In this document: one piece after another, positions 52,181 through 63,914 of the stretch | How the letters are laid out: each line of letters opens with the position of its first letter | Position numbering within the stretch: position 1 is the first letter of the stretch | Source: an uncultured Gemmatimonadales bacterium | GTDB lineage: Bacteria > Gemmatimonadota > Gemmatimonadetes > Gemmatimonadales > GWC2-71-9 | DNA: 64,000 bases | Assembly (NCBI GenBank): GCA_963739455.1 | Contig: CAVUAK010000001.1 | Coordinates: forward strand, 1,088,001 to 1,152,000 | Reading direction: 5' to 3' | Notes under the pieces: generated by a model | Database searches by the model: none | Told to the model about the DNA's origin: nothing | Seen by the model: only the letters and a program-made list of their open reading frames with translations | Translations under genes and position numbers: made by a program

Positions 52181-53158
52181 TCAATCTGTTGAGGCGCCGC
52201 GTGTCAGGAGTTGTACCACCGCGCCCCGGTTTGCGAAAGCTCCAGACACCACCAAACCACCCGTTCCCACCTGCTCCCTTGCCACCGCCGCCAGGCGGTC
52301 GGCGTCTCCATCACTGCCTGCCAAGCCGTAAACTGCCGGTCCCCAGGAGCTCTGGCCCACCCCCGCCGCCCCGCTTTCACGGAAGCGTGCAATGAGCTGC
52401 GCGGTGGGGCCGGGGGCGAAAGGACCCCCTTGGCTGGCCGCGAACCACTGACCGGTGACGTGCTGCACTTCGGCCAGTGCCGTCCCGAAGTCGGGCAGGT
52501 CTTCCTCGACGAGCGCAGGCAACAGTTGCATCAGAACGAGGTGGGCGATGTGTTCCACCTCACGTTCGGGTGGTGCCGGGAGGGTACGAAACGCCTCCGC
52601 CTCGGCATCACCACTCAATCCGGGGCTGCTGGCCGGTACCGCCAGCACGCAGCGCCATGACTCCGGCATCGGGAGCCGGGTGAGCAGCGGGGCCAGCCCG
52701 GCGCCTTCCCGCCGCCCGCCCTCAAGCACGAAGCCGCCCCGTTCAAAGAGCCACGTGCCGACGCCCGATCGTGCACCGCGACTGACCTGCCGGGCCAGCG
52801 TGGCCGCGTCGTGAGGCTGGCCGTACAGCTCTGCCAGGGCGCGCGCCACACTGAGGGCCAGCTGGGTGCCGGAGCCCAGGCCACTGTGGGCGGGCATCGC
52901 CTGTGTAATCCGGATGCGCGCCCCCCCAGGTAACCCTGACGCGTCGCCGTATCTCCGGGCGAAGCCAAGCGCGCGTTCGGCGTCCGGCCCGGTGGCGAAG
53001 TAGCCATCGGCCCGCTCGGCCTCGAGCTCGAGCGCCGGCGACGGCACGGCGGCACCCATTCCGCCAAAGCGCCGGCCAAGCATGCCGCGAAGGTCAAGCA
53101 CGCCGAAATGGAGGCGCGCTGGCGCGCGCACCCGGACCCGCTCCACCGGCACGCTCAT
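52181..53158 (-). CDS. mptG: Beta-ribofuranosylaminobenzene 5'-phosphate (RFAP) synthase
   Basis: APARLHFG.LD, H.GLGSGTQL, RG.RSG.G, GGF..EGG and GQSSWGP GHMP-like motifs. Confidence 0.92.
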   Translation of the reverse strand: MSVPVERVRVRAPARLHFGVLDLRGMLGRRFGGMGAAVPSPALELEAERADGYFATGPDAERALGFARRYGDASGLPGGARIRITQAMPAHSGLGSGTQLALSVARALAELYGQPHDAATLARQVSRGARSGVGTWLFERGGFVLEGGRREGAGLAPLLTRLPMPESWRCVLAVPASSPGLSGDAEAEAFRTLPAPPEREVEHIAHLVLMQLLPALVEEDLPDFGTALAEVQHVTGQWFAASQGGPFAPGPTAQLIARFRESGAAGVGQSSWGPAVYGLAGSDGDADRLAAVAREQVGTGGLVVSGAFANRGAVVQLLTRGASTD

Positions 53159-53732
53159 CCGGGTACGGCCTGCGTTGCGGGGTGTGCCGCCACGTACTCG
53201 TTGAGCAGGGCCCACGCCTCCTGCTCCCTGGTCCCGGCGGTCTTGTCGATCAGGACCTGGAGTCGAGTCGAGTTCCTCGCGCACCTGCGCGGGCGGGAGC
53301 AGGTGCAGCCGGGTCGACAGGATGGCGGCCTCAAGTACCGCATGCTTCGCGCGGTTGAAGCCGATGAACTCGCGCCCCCGCCCCCGATGCAGCACGCGGG
53401 CGTCGATGCGCGAGCGAGGCGGGGTGTCGTCGATTGTCTCTACCTCGAGTTCGTGCCAGGAGCAGGCTGCCTCCAGGACGGCCCCGCGGACATGCTCGGC
53501 CGGACGCCAGGGGAACTGCGGACTGCCGATGGCGGCCTGGGCGAATAGCAGGACATCGTCGATGAGGTTGAACACCGCGTGCCCATGCGCAGAGAGATTG
53601 CGGAACGTCGTCGTCTGGAGGAACGGCTTCAGCACCAGGCGTTCGCTCGCCCCACTCCACGCCCATCGGCGCAAAGTTGACCTGCCCCGCGCCGTCCTGC
53701 GTGGTGACGATGCCCTCCACGATCATCGGCAA
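53155..53732 (-). CDS. DUF447 family protein (H4MPT cluster orf19-like); two frameshifts
   Basis: IVEGIVTT...NFAPMG, LKPF..TTTFRNL, FNRAKHAVLEAAIL.TRL and IDKTAG..E.EAW motifs. Confidence 0.85.
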
Positions 53733-55591
53733 CTACTGGCCGGCTCCCAGCACCGGCAGGTCGATGTACGACGGATACCGGCCGTTTCGGTAGACGCGAT
53801 GCGTCGCCGCGCGGAAGTCACCAGGCGCGGCCTCGAAGATGTTGGGCACGAAGGTCTGCGGATTCCGGTCGTAGGCGGGGAACCAGGTACTCTGCACCTG
53901 CACCATGATCCGGTGCCCCTTCCGGAAGGTGTAGCTCTGCTGGCGCAGGTCGACCACGTACTCGTTGATGGCGTTGGGCACGATCGGCCGCGCGCGCTCG
54001 AAACCCTGGCGGTAGCGCCCGCGAAGGATCTCGCTCGCAACCATGAACTGGTAGCCGCCCAGGACCGGTCCATTGATGATGCTGTCGGGGAAGACGTCGA
54101 TCAGCTTCGTCGACCCAGTCGGCGTCGCTGCCGGTGGTCGAGGCAAAGAGGTGTGCGGCGATGTCGCCGCCGATGGTGACATCCTCGGTGAGCGGTTCAG
54201 TGCGCCAGACGAGGATATCGGGGCGACCGTCGACGAATCGCTGGTCCTCGTAGAGCCAGGGTCGCCAGTGTGAACCCCGGGGGTCGTAGGTCAGCTCGAT
54301 GGGCCGCTTGCGGTAGGGAATCGGGTGCGCCGGATCGGAGACATAGCTGTCGTACATCGACGCCTTCGCCTCTCGCGAGGTGGGCGGATCGAACGACAGC
54401 TGGCCCCCGGCGCGGAAGTAGAGCTTCCGCGACGTGCCCTCCTTCGCCGGCCAGCTGTCGAAGCGACGCCACCGGTTGCTGCCGCTCTCGAACAGCGTCG
54501 CCTCGGCGAGGTCGAGCTTCCCCTTTCCCTTGAGCCAGAACGCGAACCAGGGCGCCTGGATCTCCTCCCGGAAGTACTTCCCCGTGGCGCTGCCGAAATC
54601 GATGTCCCCGACCTTCTGGCCGTCGCCCCGCGACCAGCTGCCGTGGTACCACGGACCCATGACCAGGAAGTTCCGGTTGTTCCGGTCGAGGCGCTCCAGT
54701 GCGGCGTAGGTGGTGATAGCGCCGAAGAAGTCCTCCTGGTCCCACCAGCCGCCGACCACGAGGGTCGGAACGGCGACTTCCGTGAGCCAGGTCGTGAGCG
54801 CCCGGCTCTTCCAGAAATCGTCGTACGCCGGGTGCTGGCTGAAGTTGGTCCAGCTCGGGGAGCGCCCCGCGAGCAGCTTCGTCAGGTTGGCGAGCGATCC
54901 CTGGGCGAGGTACCAGCTGTAGGTGTCGTAGAAGCTGACCGGCGGCGGCACGGACTGGTCATTGGAGAGTTCGAGGTCGGTGGCGTACTCGAAGCCGTAG
55001 CTGAGGCGGAATGCGCCGTTGTGGAAGAAGTCGTCGCCCTTCCAGGTGTCCGTCATCGGCGCCTGCGGGGAGATCGCCTTGAGCGCTGGATGCGGGTGGA
55101 TGCCGGCCATCGCGGCGAGCCAGCCGGGATACGAAATGCCCAGCACGCCCACCGCGCCGTTGTTCGATGGCACGTTGGCGAGGAGCCACGCGATCGTGTC
55201 GTAGGTGTCGGTGCTCTCGTCGACGCCCTGGGGATCCTTCGGGTCGTGCAGCGGCCGGTTCATGACGAACTTCCCCTCTGACCCGAACCGACCGCGAATG
55301 TCCTGGTAGACGAAGATGTACTGCTCTCGCGCGAGCTCCGCGTACGATCCCTTCGCCTCCAGGCCACCACCCGATCCCTCGATACCATAGGGCGTGCGCG
55401 TCAGCAGGAACGGCAGTGCCGTGGTCCCTGTCGCCGGTGTGTAGATGCGCGTGTTGAGCCTGACGCCGTCGCGCATCGGGATCATGACCTGCTGCTCGCG
55501 GTACGCGGGGAGAGAGTCTCCCTGTGCAGCGAGTCCCGTCGGCGTGCCGAGGGCGAGGACGACAAGCGACAGCGATCAGGTACGCGCGCAT
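53733..55591 (-). CDS. Exported CocE/NonD family serine hydrolase (alpha-amino acid ester hydrolase-like); frameshifts near 55560 and 54112
   Basis: Signal peptide; [45 protein letters not shown] and [13 protein letters not shown] motifs. Confidence 0.9.
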
Positions 55592-55609
55592 TGGTTCTCC
55601 AGGGTGTCG

Positions 55610-56267
55610 TCAACCGTGATACCATGTCGGGGCCGGCTCCTCCGCCGGCACCGCATCGGCACTGCCGCCGTCGGCTGACGCGGGCAGCGCACTCACCGGC
55701 CGGTCGGGGCCGAAGAGGAAGCGCGCCAGCATGCGATATCCGTGGCGCGTGAGCACCGACTCGGGGTGGAACTGGACGCCATGCACCGGGTGCTCGAGCA
55801 TGCCGGACCCCCATGATCTCGCCGTCATCCGACACCGCGTTCACCACAAGCCCGGCGGGCACCGACTCGGGCGCGATGACCAGCGAGTGATAGCGGGTCG
55901 CCACCAGCGGCGACGGAAGGCCGGCGAACACGCCGGTGCCGTCGTGCGCGATCCGGGAGGTCTTCCCGTGCATCGGTCGCGTGGCGCGGACGATCTGGCC
56001 GCCGTAGGCGGCGCCGATGGCCTGGTGACCGAGGCACACGCCGAGGATGGGGATCTGCGGCCCCGAAGCGCCGGATCAGGTCCACGGAAATCCCTGCCTC
56101 GGCAGGCGAGCACGGCCCGGGTGAGATGATGATGTGTGATGGACGGAGCCTCGCCACCTCGTCGAGCGTGACGGCATCGTTCCGGCGTACAACCGGCTCC
56201 TCACCCAGCTCGGCCACATACCGCGCCAGGTTGTAGACGAACGAGTCGTAGTTGTCGATGAGGAGGA

Positions 56268-56271
<4 letters not shown>
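55610..56271 (-). CDS. pabA: Aminodeoxychorismate synthase component II (glutamine amidotransferase); two frameshifts
   Basis: [30 protein letters not shown] and GVQFHPES motifs. Confidence 0.88.
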
Positions 56272-57744
<1,473 letters not shown>

Positions 57745-57748
<4 letters not shown>

Positions 57749-59162
57749 TGCCGCGTCCTCCCGGCGGGCGGAGCGCTGGGTCAGCTTCACGTGCTCCGAG
57801 CGCACGTCATCGGGCGGCGTGAGGTAGCCCCACTGCAGCGAACCCTCCTGCCGGTACGTCTTGCCCAAGCGTGATGGCGAGCTTCGCCTTCATCAGTTCC
57901 TTGCCCAGGTAGAAGGCGTGGGTTGCCTCGTCGACGCCGAGCTGGCTGAAGATCTCCTGGATATCGGTGCCGCGGACGAAGCGCTCCCGGTTGAACACGG
58001 TGATGGTGTCCCGGTCGGTGAAGATCCGGAAATTGGGATCGGTGACCTGGCCCTGCAGTTCGCGCAGCTCGGCCTCGGTGTACTCGAGGATGCGGGGATC
58101 CTTCACCGTGACGAGCCGGTCGTCCACCCGCTTGGGGACCGTCTTCTGGCTCACGGCGTAGTGCATGAGGCGGCGGGCGACGTCGATCTCCCGGACGGAA
58201 CCGCGAGCCCAGGGAATGACCTCCGTGGTCAGCACGGCGCGGACGCCCACCTCCTCGCAGATCGCGATGAGCAGCGCGTTCATGCCGGTCGTGTCCGCGG
58301 CGGTGAGCTCGGTGATGTTCCCGATGCCCATCATCTGCGGCACGGTCGGGCCAGCGACGATGCGCCTCGGCGTAGCGCTCGAGCGACGCCATGAAGCCGA
58401 ACCCGATCGGCTCGACGATCGGGTCGATGAGGTACTTCACGCGCCACCGCTCGAGTTGCTCGAGGCTGCGCTCCAGCTCGGCGAACTGCTCGCCGGCGTC
58501 GGGAATGATGACGAAGCGCTTGTCGCTGCCGGCATATCGTTCCGCGACCTCGATGTTGCTGCTGTTCACGCTCAGCACCATCTCGGCCCCGGCGTCGAGC
58601 GCGGTGCTGATCTCCCCGGCATCGAAGGAGTCGATGCTCACGCGGAAGCCGGCGTCCGCGAGCTCGCGCACGACACTCGCCGAGCTCGGGGAACGGGCGC
58701 CCCGGCGTACAGCCGACGTCGATGACGTCGGCACCGCTCGCGCGGTAGTACTCCGCGAGGGCGCGCAGCGCCGGCCGCTCCATCTTCGGCGCGTTGTTGA
58801 TCTCGGCCAGGATCTCGATCTGCCAGGCGCCGTAGTCGGCGCCCCGCGCGGCGCGGCCGAAATACTGGGGAATCTCGCGCAGGTCCTTCGGCCCCTTCTC
58901 AACGGGAAGGCCGAGTCGAGTCGCCAGGATCGCGGCGTCGCCCTCGCACAAGCCCGGGGATCATGACGAGGTCGGTGCCATCAGGCGGGCACGAGTCACC
59001 TGCCGCGCGATCCACGTCGGTGGTCATCAGCGCCGCCACCGTGATTCGCATGACCGCGACATCCCACGCGAACGGCAGCTCCTGCTGCGCCAGGACGCGA
59101 CGCAGCGACGGCTCGGCGAGCTTGCCGGTGACGAACAGGACCCTGGTGGGAGCGGCCTGCAC
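57745..59162 (-). CDS. Dihydropteroate synthase-like protein of H4MPT biosynthesis (orf20-like); several frameshifts, 3' end uncertain
   Basis: LFVTGKLAEPSL, VAALMT, GPKDLREIP.YFG, EINNAP, GADVIDVG, VSIDS, DPIVEPIGFG, MMGIGNITELT, LTTEV and HAFYLGKEL.KA motifs. Confidence 0.85.
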
Positions 59163-59164
59163 CT

Positions 59165-59530
59165 CTACTTCGGGTCCCCGCTGCGGACCCACTTGTTCGG
59201 CGTTCCCTCGAGGCCGGGGAAGCCGGTGGCCGGTCGCCACAGCACCACCTCCTCGATTTTCTTCGCGAGCTCGAAGTCCTTGTCGGTGATGCCGCCGGCG
59301 CTGTGCGTCTGCAGCTTCACCGTGAGCCGTGCCCACGTCACCGTGAGGTCAGGGTGGTGGTACGCCGCTTCGGCGACGTAGCCAACGGTATTGACCAGCA
59401 TGAGCGTCGCCTGCCAGCCATCGGTCTTGTAGACGCGACGGATCCAGCCGTTCTCATAGTACCAGCCCGGCATCGTCGCCAGCTTCTCGGCAATTTGCTG
59501 CTCAGTGTAGATCGGTTCCTTCGTCGCCAT
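59165..59530 (-). CDS. Pterin-4a-carbinolamine dehydratase
   Basis: AEAAYHHPDL, THSAGGITDKDFELA and the C1-cluster-type tail VLWRP...LEGTP. Confidence 0.92.
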   Translation of the reverse strand: MATKEPIYTEQQIAEKLATMPGWYYENGWIRRVYKTDGWQATLMLVNTVGYVAEAAYHHPDLTVTWARLTVKLQTHSAGGITDKDFELAKKIEEVVLWRPATGFPGLEGTPNKWVRSGDPK

Positions 59531-59557
59531 GTCGCCTCCTGGGTTGCCTCGACGTCC

Positions 59558-60334
59558 TCACGTCACCACCCCACCGTTGACCAGCAGCGCCTGCCCGGTC
59601 ACGAACGCGGCCGCGTCGGATGCGAGGTACACCGCAGCCTGTGCCACGTCCTCCGGGGTACCCCAGCGGCCGAGCGGGGTGACCCGCTCGACATGCGCCC
59701 GCCACTCCGCGCTGGCCTGGTCACCGAACGCGGTGTCAATGAAACCAGGTGCGATCACGTTGACGCGGATCGACGGAGCAACCTCCAGCGCGAGCGACCG
59801 GCTGAAGGCGTGGATGCCGCCCTTCGCGGCAGCATAGATGACCGGGTTCTCGCCCGCCATTCCGGTCAGTACGTGATCCCACGACATGTTGATGATGACT
59901 CCGGCACGACGACGGGCGCGGAAGAAATCCACCGCCGCCCACGAGGCCAGCACGGTGCCGCGCAGGTCCACGTTCAGCACGGCATCGAGCTTCTGCTCGC
60001 GCGTCATCGACTTCCCCTCGCCGGTGAGGATGTCGGCTCCGGCGTTGTTCACCCACGCGTCGAGTCCGTCGATGCGCTCGGCGAGTTCGTTGACCAGCTT
60101 CTTCAGGGAGTCAGGCTGGGCCAGATCGAGCGGAAAGACCTGGACCGTTCCGCCCGCGTCGCTGATGGAGCGCGCGGTTGCCTCGGCCCCTTCCCGATTA
60201 CGCCTGTAAGTTATTGCCAGCAAAGCACCTGCGCGCGCGGCTGCGACTGCGATTGCGCGCCCGATGCCGCTCGAGGCACCGGTAACGAGCATCGTCTTGT
60301 TGCGAAGCGCGGGGGACGGACTGGTTGTCGTCAC
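59558..60334 (-). CDS. Short-chain dehydrogenase/reductase, probably NADP(H)-dependent
   Basis: TGASSGIG, YRRN, NNAG, YAAAK, RVNVIAPG and VTGQ..VNGG motifs. Confidence 0.9.
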   Translation of the reverse strand: MTTTSPSPALRNKTMLVTGASSGIGRAIAVAAARAGALLAITYRRNREGAEATARSISDAGGTVQVFPLDLAQPDSLKKLVNELAERIDGLDAWVNNAGADILTGEGKSMTREQKLDAVLNVDLRGTVLASWAAVDFFRARRRAGVIINMSWDHVLTGMAGENPVIYAAAKGGIHAFSRSLALEVAPSIRVNVIAPGFIDTAFGDQASAEWRAHVERVTPLGRWGTPEDVAQAAVYLASDAAAFVTGQALLVNGGVVT

Positions 60335-60383
60335 GTAGGTGCTTGAACCCTGGTCGGCGGTGAGGCAGGGAAAACATACCCGC

Positions 60384-60398
60384 TAGAATTGGTGCATG
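60384..60398 (+). promoter_or_regulatory. Possible -10 box for a leaderless mfnB transcript
   Basis: TAGAAT 6 nt before the ATG at 60396; no SD sequence. Confidence 0.35.
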
Positions 60399-61135
60399 CG
60401 ACTGCTGGTAAGCGTGCGCGACGCCGACGAAGCCCGGGCAGCCCTCGCGGGCGGCGCAGACATCATTGATGCGAAGGAGCCGGCACTCGGGCCCCTGGCA
60501 CCGGTCGCGGGCCCCGACCTCAGGGCCATCTGTGCCGCCGTGCCGCTCACGATCCCGCTGAGTGTGGCGCTTGGGGACGCGCAACCGGGTGACCTGGGTG
60601 ACATCGTCTCGGTCGGTGGGCCCGCTGCAGCGCAGGTCGAGCCTGTTCTTCAAGGCGGCGATCATGTCGGACTCGCCCGAGGATGCAGCGCGAGGGATCA
60701 GCGCCGCCTGCCGCCTGCTCGAACAGCGGGCAGATCGTCCCGTGCTCGTGGTGGCGCGATATGTCGACGCCCCGTCGGGTGCGGATGACCTTCACCGCTG
60801 GGTGGAAGTGTGTGCTGCGGCGGGGGCCGGTGGATTGCTGCTCGATACCAGCTGGAAGGATGGGACCTGGCCTCTTCGGGTTCGTTGACGTGCAGGCACT
60901 GGCCTCACTGCGCCGGCAGGCCACGCGTCATGGGACATGGCTCGCCGTTGCGGGTGGCGTTGCCGACAGGAACTTGCAGCAGCTCGCGCAGGTTCGGCCG
61001 CACATCGTTGGTGTTCGAGGTGCGGTCTGTGAGGGTGGCCGGGCGGGGAAGCTTTCGTGTGAGCGCGTGCGACTGCTGCACAGCGCCCTCGCAGACCTCA
61101 CCCGGCGTACACGGCCTCGAGCGCAGCCGGTGTAG
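60396..61135 (+). CDS. mfnB: (5-formylfuran-3-yl)methyl phosphate synthase (orf22/DUF556-like); two frameshifts
   Basis: LLVSVRD..EA..AL.GGADIIDAKEP..GPL, SVALGD, LLDT..K, AGG and GVRGAVC...R motifs. Confidence 0.88.
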
Positions 61136-61659
61136 CGACGGAGACCTTGAGCCCCGCCGAACAGGCGGCGGCGAAACCCGGGTCGACCAGTCCCGTCCAA
61201 TGGTCCGTCGCCTGCTTGACCAGGATCAGTTCACTGGCGCCGATCTCGCTCGCAATGAACGCGGCAATGCTGTCGCTCGTGATGTCCCAGGAGTGCGGCA
61301 GGGCGTCAGTGGCACGCATCCAGGCATAGGGGGCGAGCACCGGGATCTTCCCGGCATCGTGTGCCGTCGCCACGTCATCCTGGTGATGAATGAGCCTCGC
61401 ACCCTCGAGCTCCTCCACGATCAGGTGCGCGACCTGGTCCATCGCGAGGATCGCCATCCAGTGGGCAACATCGTCGGAGAATCCCTGCGCGCGCTGCGCC
61501 AGCCGGACCTGGTCGGCGAAGGCGCCGCCCCCGGGGACGACGAGGATCGAGCGGCGCTTCGCCAGATCGACCGATGGCCTGAAGCGCCTGGCGCCGGGTG
61601 TCGGCATCACGGCAGGCTGCCCCACCGAGCTTGACGACGGTGATCGGCACCTCAGTCAT
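61098..61659 (-). CDS. mfnE: Amino acid kinase family protein of methanofuran biosynthesis (orf21-like); frameshifted near the 5' end
   Basis: VVKLGG, VPGGGAFADQVR, AHWMAILAMDQ, LPHSWDITSDSIAA and LVDPGF motifs. Confidence 0.85.
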
Positions 61660-62662
61660 CCTGCGCCTCAAGGAGCCGAGCCACCGCGACCGCTGGCGCT
61701 GCGCGACTGGTGACGGCATTCCAGGCACCGTCCATCGCGACGAGGGTGAGGCCGGCTTCGCGGGCGGCAGCGGCCGCGATTGGCGCACCAAGGCCCAGCA
61801 CGGCTGCGCCGGTCGAGCCGCTGGGTGACGCGAACGGACCTGCCGGATGGCGGCGGCGATGCCGCTCACCTGTGCCGCTCGCCACGTGAGACGCCAGCGC
61901 AGTGATGCCGGCGTCGTCCATCATTGACCGATCGGCGCACACGACGCGCGCCAGTCGTTCGCCGGCGCGGTCCCGGTTGGCCGGATGCCCGCTCGCACCG
62001 TCGCTGGATGCCTCCTGCGGCAGCGTGCCGAGCCAGCAATGCACGTCCGCGGTGTGGGCGAAGTTGTCGGCGGACACGAGTGCCGTGTCGCCGCGCCACG
62101 GGACTCGGCGCACGAGCGCCTCGACCGGGGTCCGGAGCGCGCCACTGTAGACGAGCTCGCCGCTGGCGAGTCGGTCGGGATCGGTTCGACCGAGCGCCAG
62201 TACCCGACCGGCCGAGATGGGAATGATGTCGGTGGTCGTCGTGCCCATGTCGAGCAGGATGACGTCACGATGCTCGGTGGCCACGACCATGGCGGTGGCC
62301 ATCCAGTTCGAGGCAGCGACCTCGATCGGCGTGGATCGCGCTTCGGCGGGTGACCGGAAGTGACCTTCGGTATCGAGCACGTGGAGGCGCGCGCCGGGGA
62401 AGGCGCGCTCGAGGGCGTCGAGCACGAAGGTGACGCCCTCCGCCTTGGACCGAAAGCGCTGGGAAAGTTCCGCGGTCATGGTGACGGCGTGATTCCCGGC
62501 GCCAGCGCCAATGTCCCGGCCGATGCGCTCGAGCACCGAGTGGAGCTGGTCGGCATCGTGCTCGATCGAGAACGGCACCGTCATCGCCTGGACGGCTCCA
62601 CCAGCGGCAATGCGCGCCACCTTCACGTTGACGCCACCGATATCCCAGCCAATGGAACTCAT
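61652..62662 (-). CDS. mfnF: Hydantoinase/oxoprolinase-like methanofuran biosynthesis protein (orf9-like); local frameshifts near 61800-61870
   Basis: GWDIGGVNVK, AVTMTAELS..F..K.EGV, AASNW, DMGTTTTDIIP, GELVYSG.LRT, RLARVVCAD and APAVAVA motifs. Confidence 0.88.
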   Translation of the reverse strand: MSSIGWDIGGVNVKVARIAAGGAVQAMTVPFSIEHDADQLHSVLERIGRDIGAGAGNHAVTMTAELSQRFRSKAEGVTFVLDALERAFPGARLHVLDTEGHFRSPAEARSTPIEVAASNWMATAMVVATEHRDVILLDMGTTTTDIIPISAGRVLALGRTDPDRLASGELVYSGALRTPVEALVRRVPWRGDTALVSADNFAHTADVHCWLGTLPQEASSDGASGHPANRDRAGERLARVVCADRSMMDDAGITALASHVASGTGERHRRRHPAGPFASPSGSTGAAVLGLGAPIAAAAAREAGLTLVAMDGAWNAVTSRAAPAVAVARLLEAQDD

Positions 62663-63413
62663 ACCGGTCCTCGATCTCGCGCGTGGTGTCGCGGTGCATG
62701 CCATCGGCGGGGATCGCTCACGCTACGAGCCGGTCCAGTCGGTGCTCGCACCGGGTCGTGATGGTGATGCGCTGGCGCTGGCGCGGGCGTATCGCTCACT
62801 GCCAGCGGTGAAGCGTTGCTATGTCGCCGACCTCGATGCCATCGGTGGCGCACCGGCGCAGCTCGAGCTCCTGCTCAAGCTTCAGTCGGCCGAGGGCTTC
62901 GGGGGTGTGTTGCTGCTCGATGCCGGGATCGGTTCGCTCGACGAGCTCGAGCGCCTCGGCGGGGCGTTCGAGCACGTTGTCGTCGGGCTCGAGACGCTCT
63001 CCTCGTTTACCGGCCTGACGAGGCTGGCCGCGCAGGTTGACGTGACGTTCAGCCTGGACCTGAGGAACGGCGTTCCGCTCGCGCGACCGGAGCTGCAGGC
63101 GGAAGCGGGGTCGGTCGACGCGATCTCCCTGGCGCGTGCTGCGGTCGAGGCCGGGGCCCGGTCGCTCATCCTGCTTGATGTCGGCCGAGTGGGGCGAGGC
63201 GTCGGCGTGAACCTTGAGTTGCTCGCGTCGCTCCGCCGGGCGCTGCCGCAGGTGGTGCTACTGGCCGGTGGCGGGGTGAGGGGCGACGCGGACATCGATG
63301 CGCTGGCCGGGGGTGGATGCGACGGCGTGCTCGTGGCGACCGCACTGCACCGGGGCACGCTGACTGGACCGGCCGGCCCGCCCGGTCAGTCGGGCGCGAG
63401 CGAGGTGCGATAG
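62652..63413 (+). CDS. HisA/HisF-related TIM barrel protein (H4MPT/MFR cluster orf17-like)
   Basis: IPVLDL..G.AVHA..GDR..Y.P, YVADLDAI, DAG, GLET, SLDL, LLDV.RVG...G, GGGVR and VATALH.G motifs. Confidence 0.88.
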   Translation: MELIPVLDLARGVAVHAIGGDRSRYEPVQSVLAPGRDGDALALARAYRSLPAVKRCYVADLDAIGGAPAQLELLLKLQSAEGFGGVLLLDAGIGSLDELERLGGAFEHVVVGLETLSSFTGLTRLAAQVDVTFSLDLRNGVPLARPELQAEAGSVDAISLARAAVEAGARSLILLDVGRVGRGVGVNLELLASLRRALPQVVLLAGGGVRGDADIDALAGGGCDGVLVATALHRGTLTGPAGPPGQSGASEVR

Positions 63414-63889
63414 GTGGCCGACTGGCCGAAGTTCTCCTCCACCTCGAGTTCGAGCAGCGTGAGGTGGGTATAGCCTTCCTTCTCCAGCTCTGCGCGGAGC
63501 CGCAGCGCAAGGAACTGCGCCAGCATCTCGGCGGTGGAGTTCTGGATCGGGAGCAGCGCGCAGTCGGACACCGGGAACACGTAGGTCGGCTTGCCGAAGT
63601 AGTCGACGTGGAGCATGTCGCCCACGGTACGGTACGCCAGCTTCGGGTTCTGCGTGGGCAGGAGCACCTTGTGGTCGATCTCGTCGGCCAGTGAGCGCGC
63701 AATCCGCTTGAGCACGCTGAAATCGAGCACGAAGAGGCACTCCTCATCGATGCCCCCCTCGACCATGACCCCGACGCGGTAGTTGTGCCCGTGAAGTGAC
63801 TCGCACTGATGACCGCGGAAGGTGATGAAATGTGCCGAGGCAAACACCAGGTAGTCCTTGCTCACCTTCACGCTGAAGCTGCTCTGCAC
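63386..63889 (-). CDS. 6-pyruvoyl-tetrahydropterin synthase (COG0720/QueD) family protein
   Basis: FASAHFI, CESLHGHNY, LDF..LK, DHK, NSTAE and VEE motifs; AAGGAG RBS before the GTG at 63889. Confidence 0.9.
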   Translation of the reverse strand: MQSSFSVKVSKDYLVFASAHFITFRGHQCESLHGHNYRVGVMVEGGIDEECLFVLDFSVLKRIARSLADEIDHKVLLPTQNPKLAYRTVGDMLHVDYFGKPTYVFPVSDCALLPIQNSTAEMLAQFLALRLRAELEKEGYTHLTLLELEVEENFGQSATYRTSLAPD

Positions 63890-63914
63890 GCCCTCTCCTT
63901 GGCTCACTGCATCC

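Noticed and set aside
52181..53674. Apparent DUF447-MptG fusion
   Set aside because: The DUF447 C-terminus (IDKTAG..EAW) is in another frame and ends at 53155 with an ATGA overlap on mptG, so this is an indel artefact.
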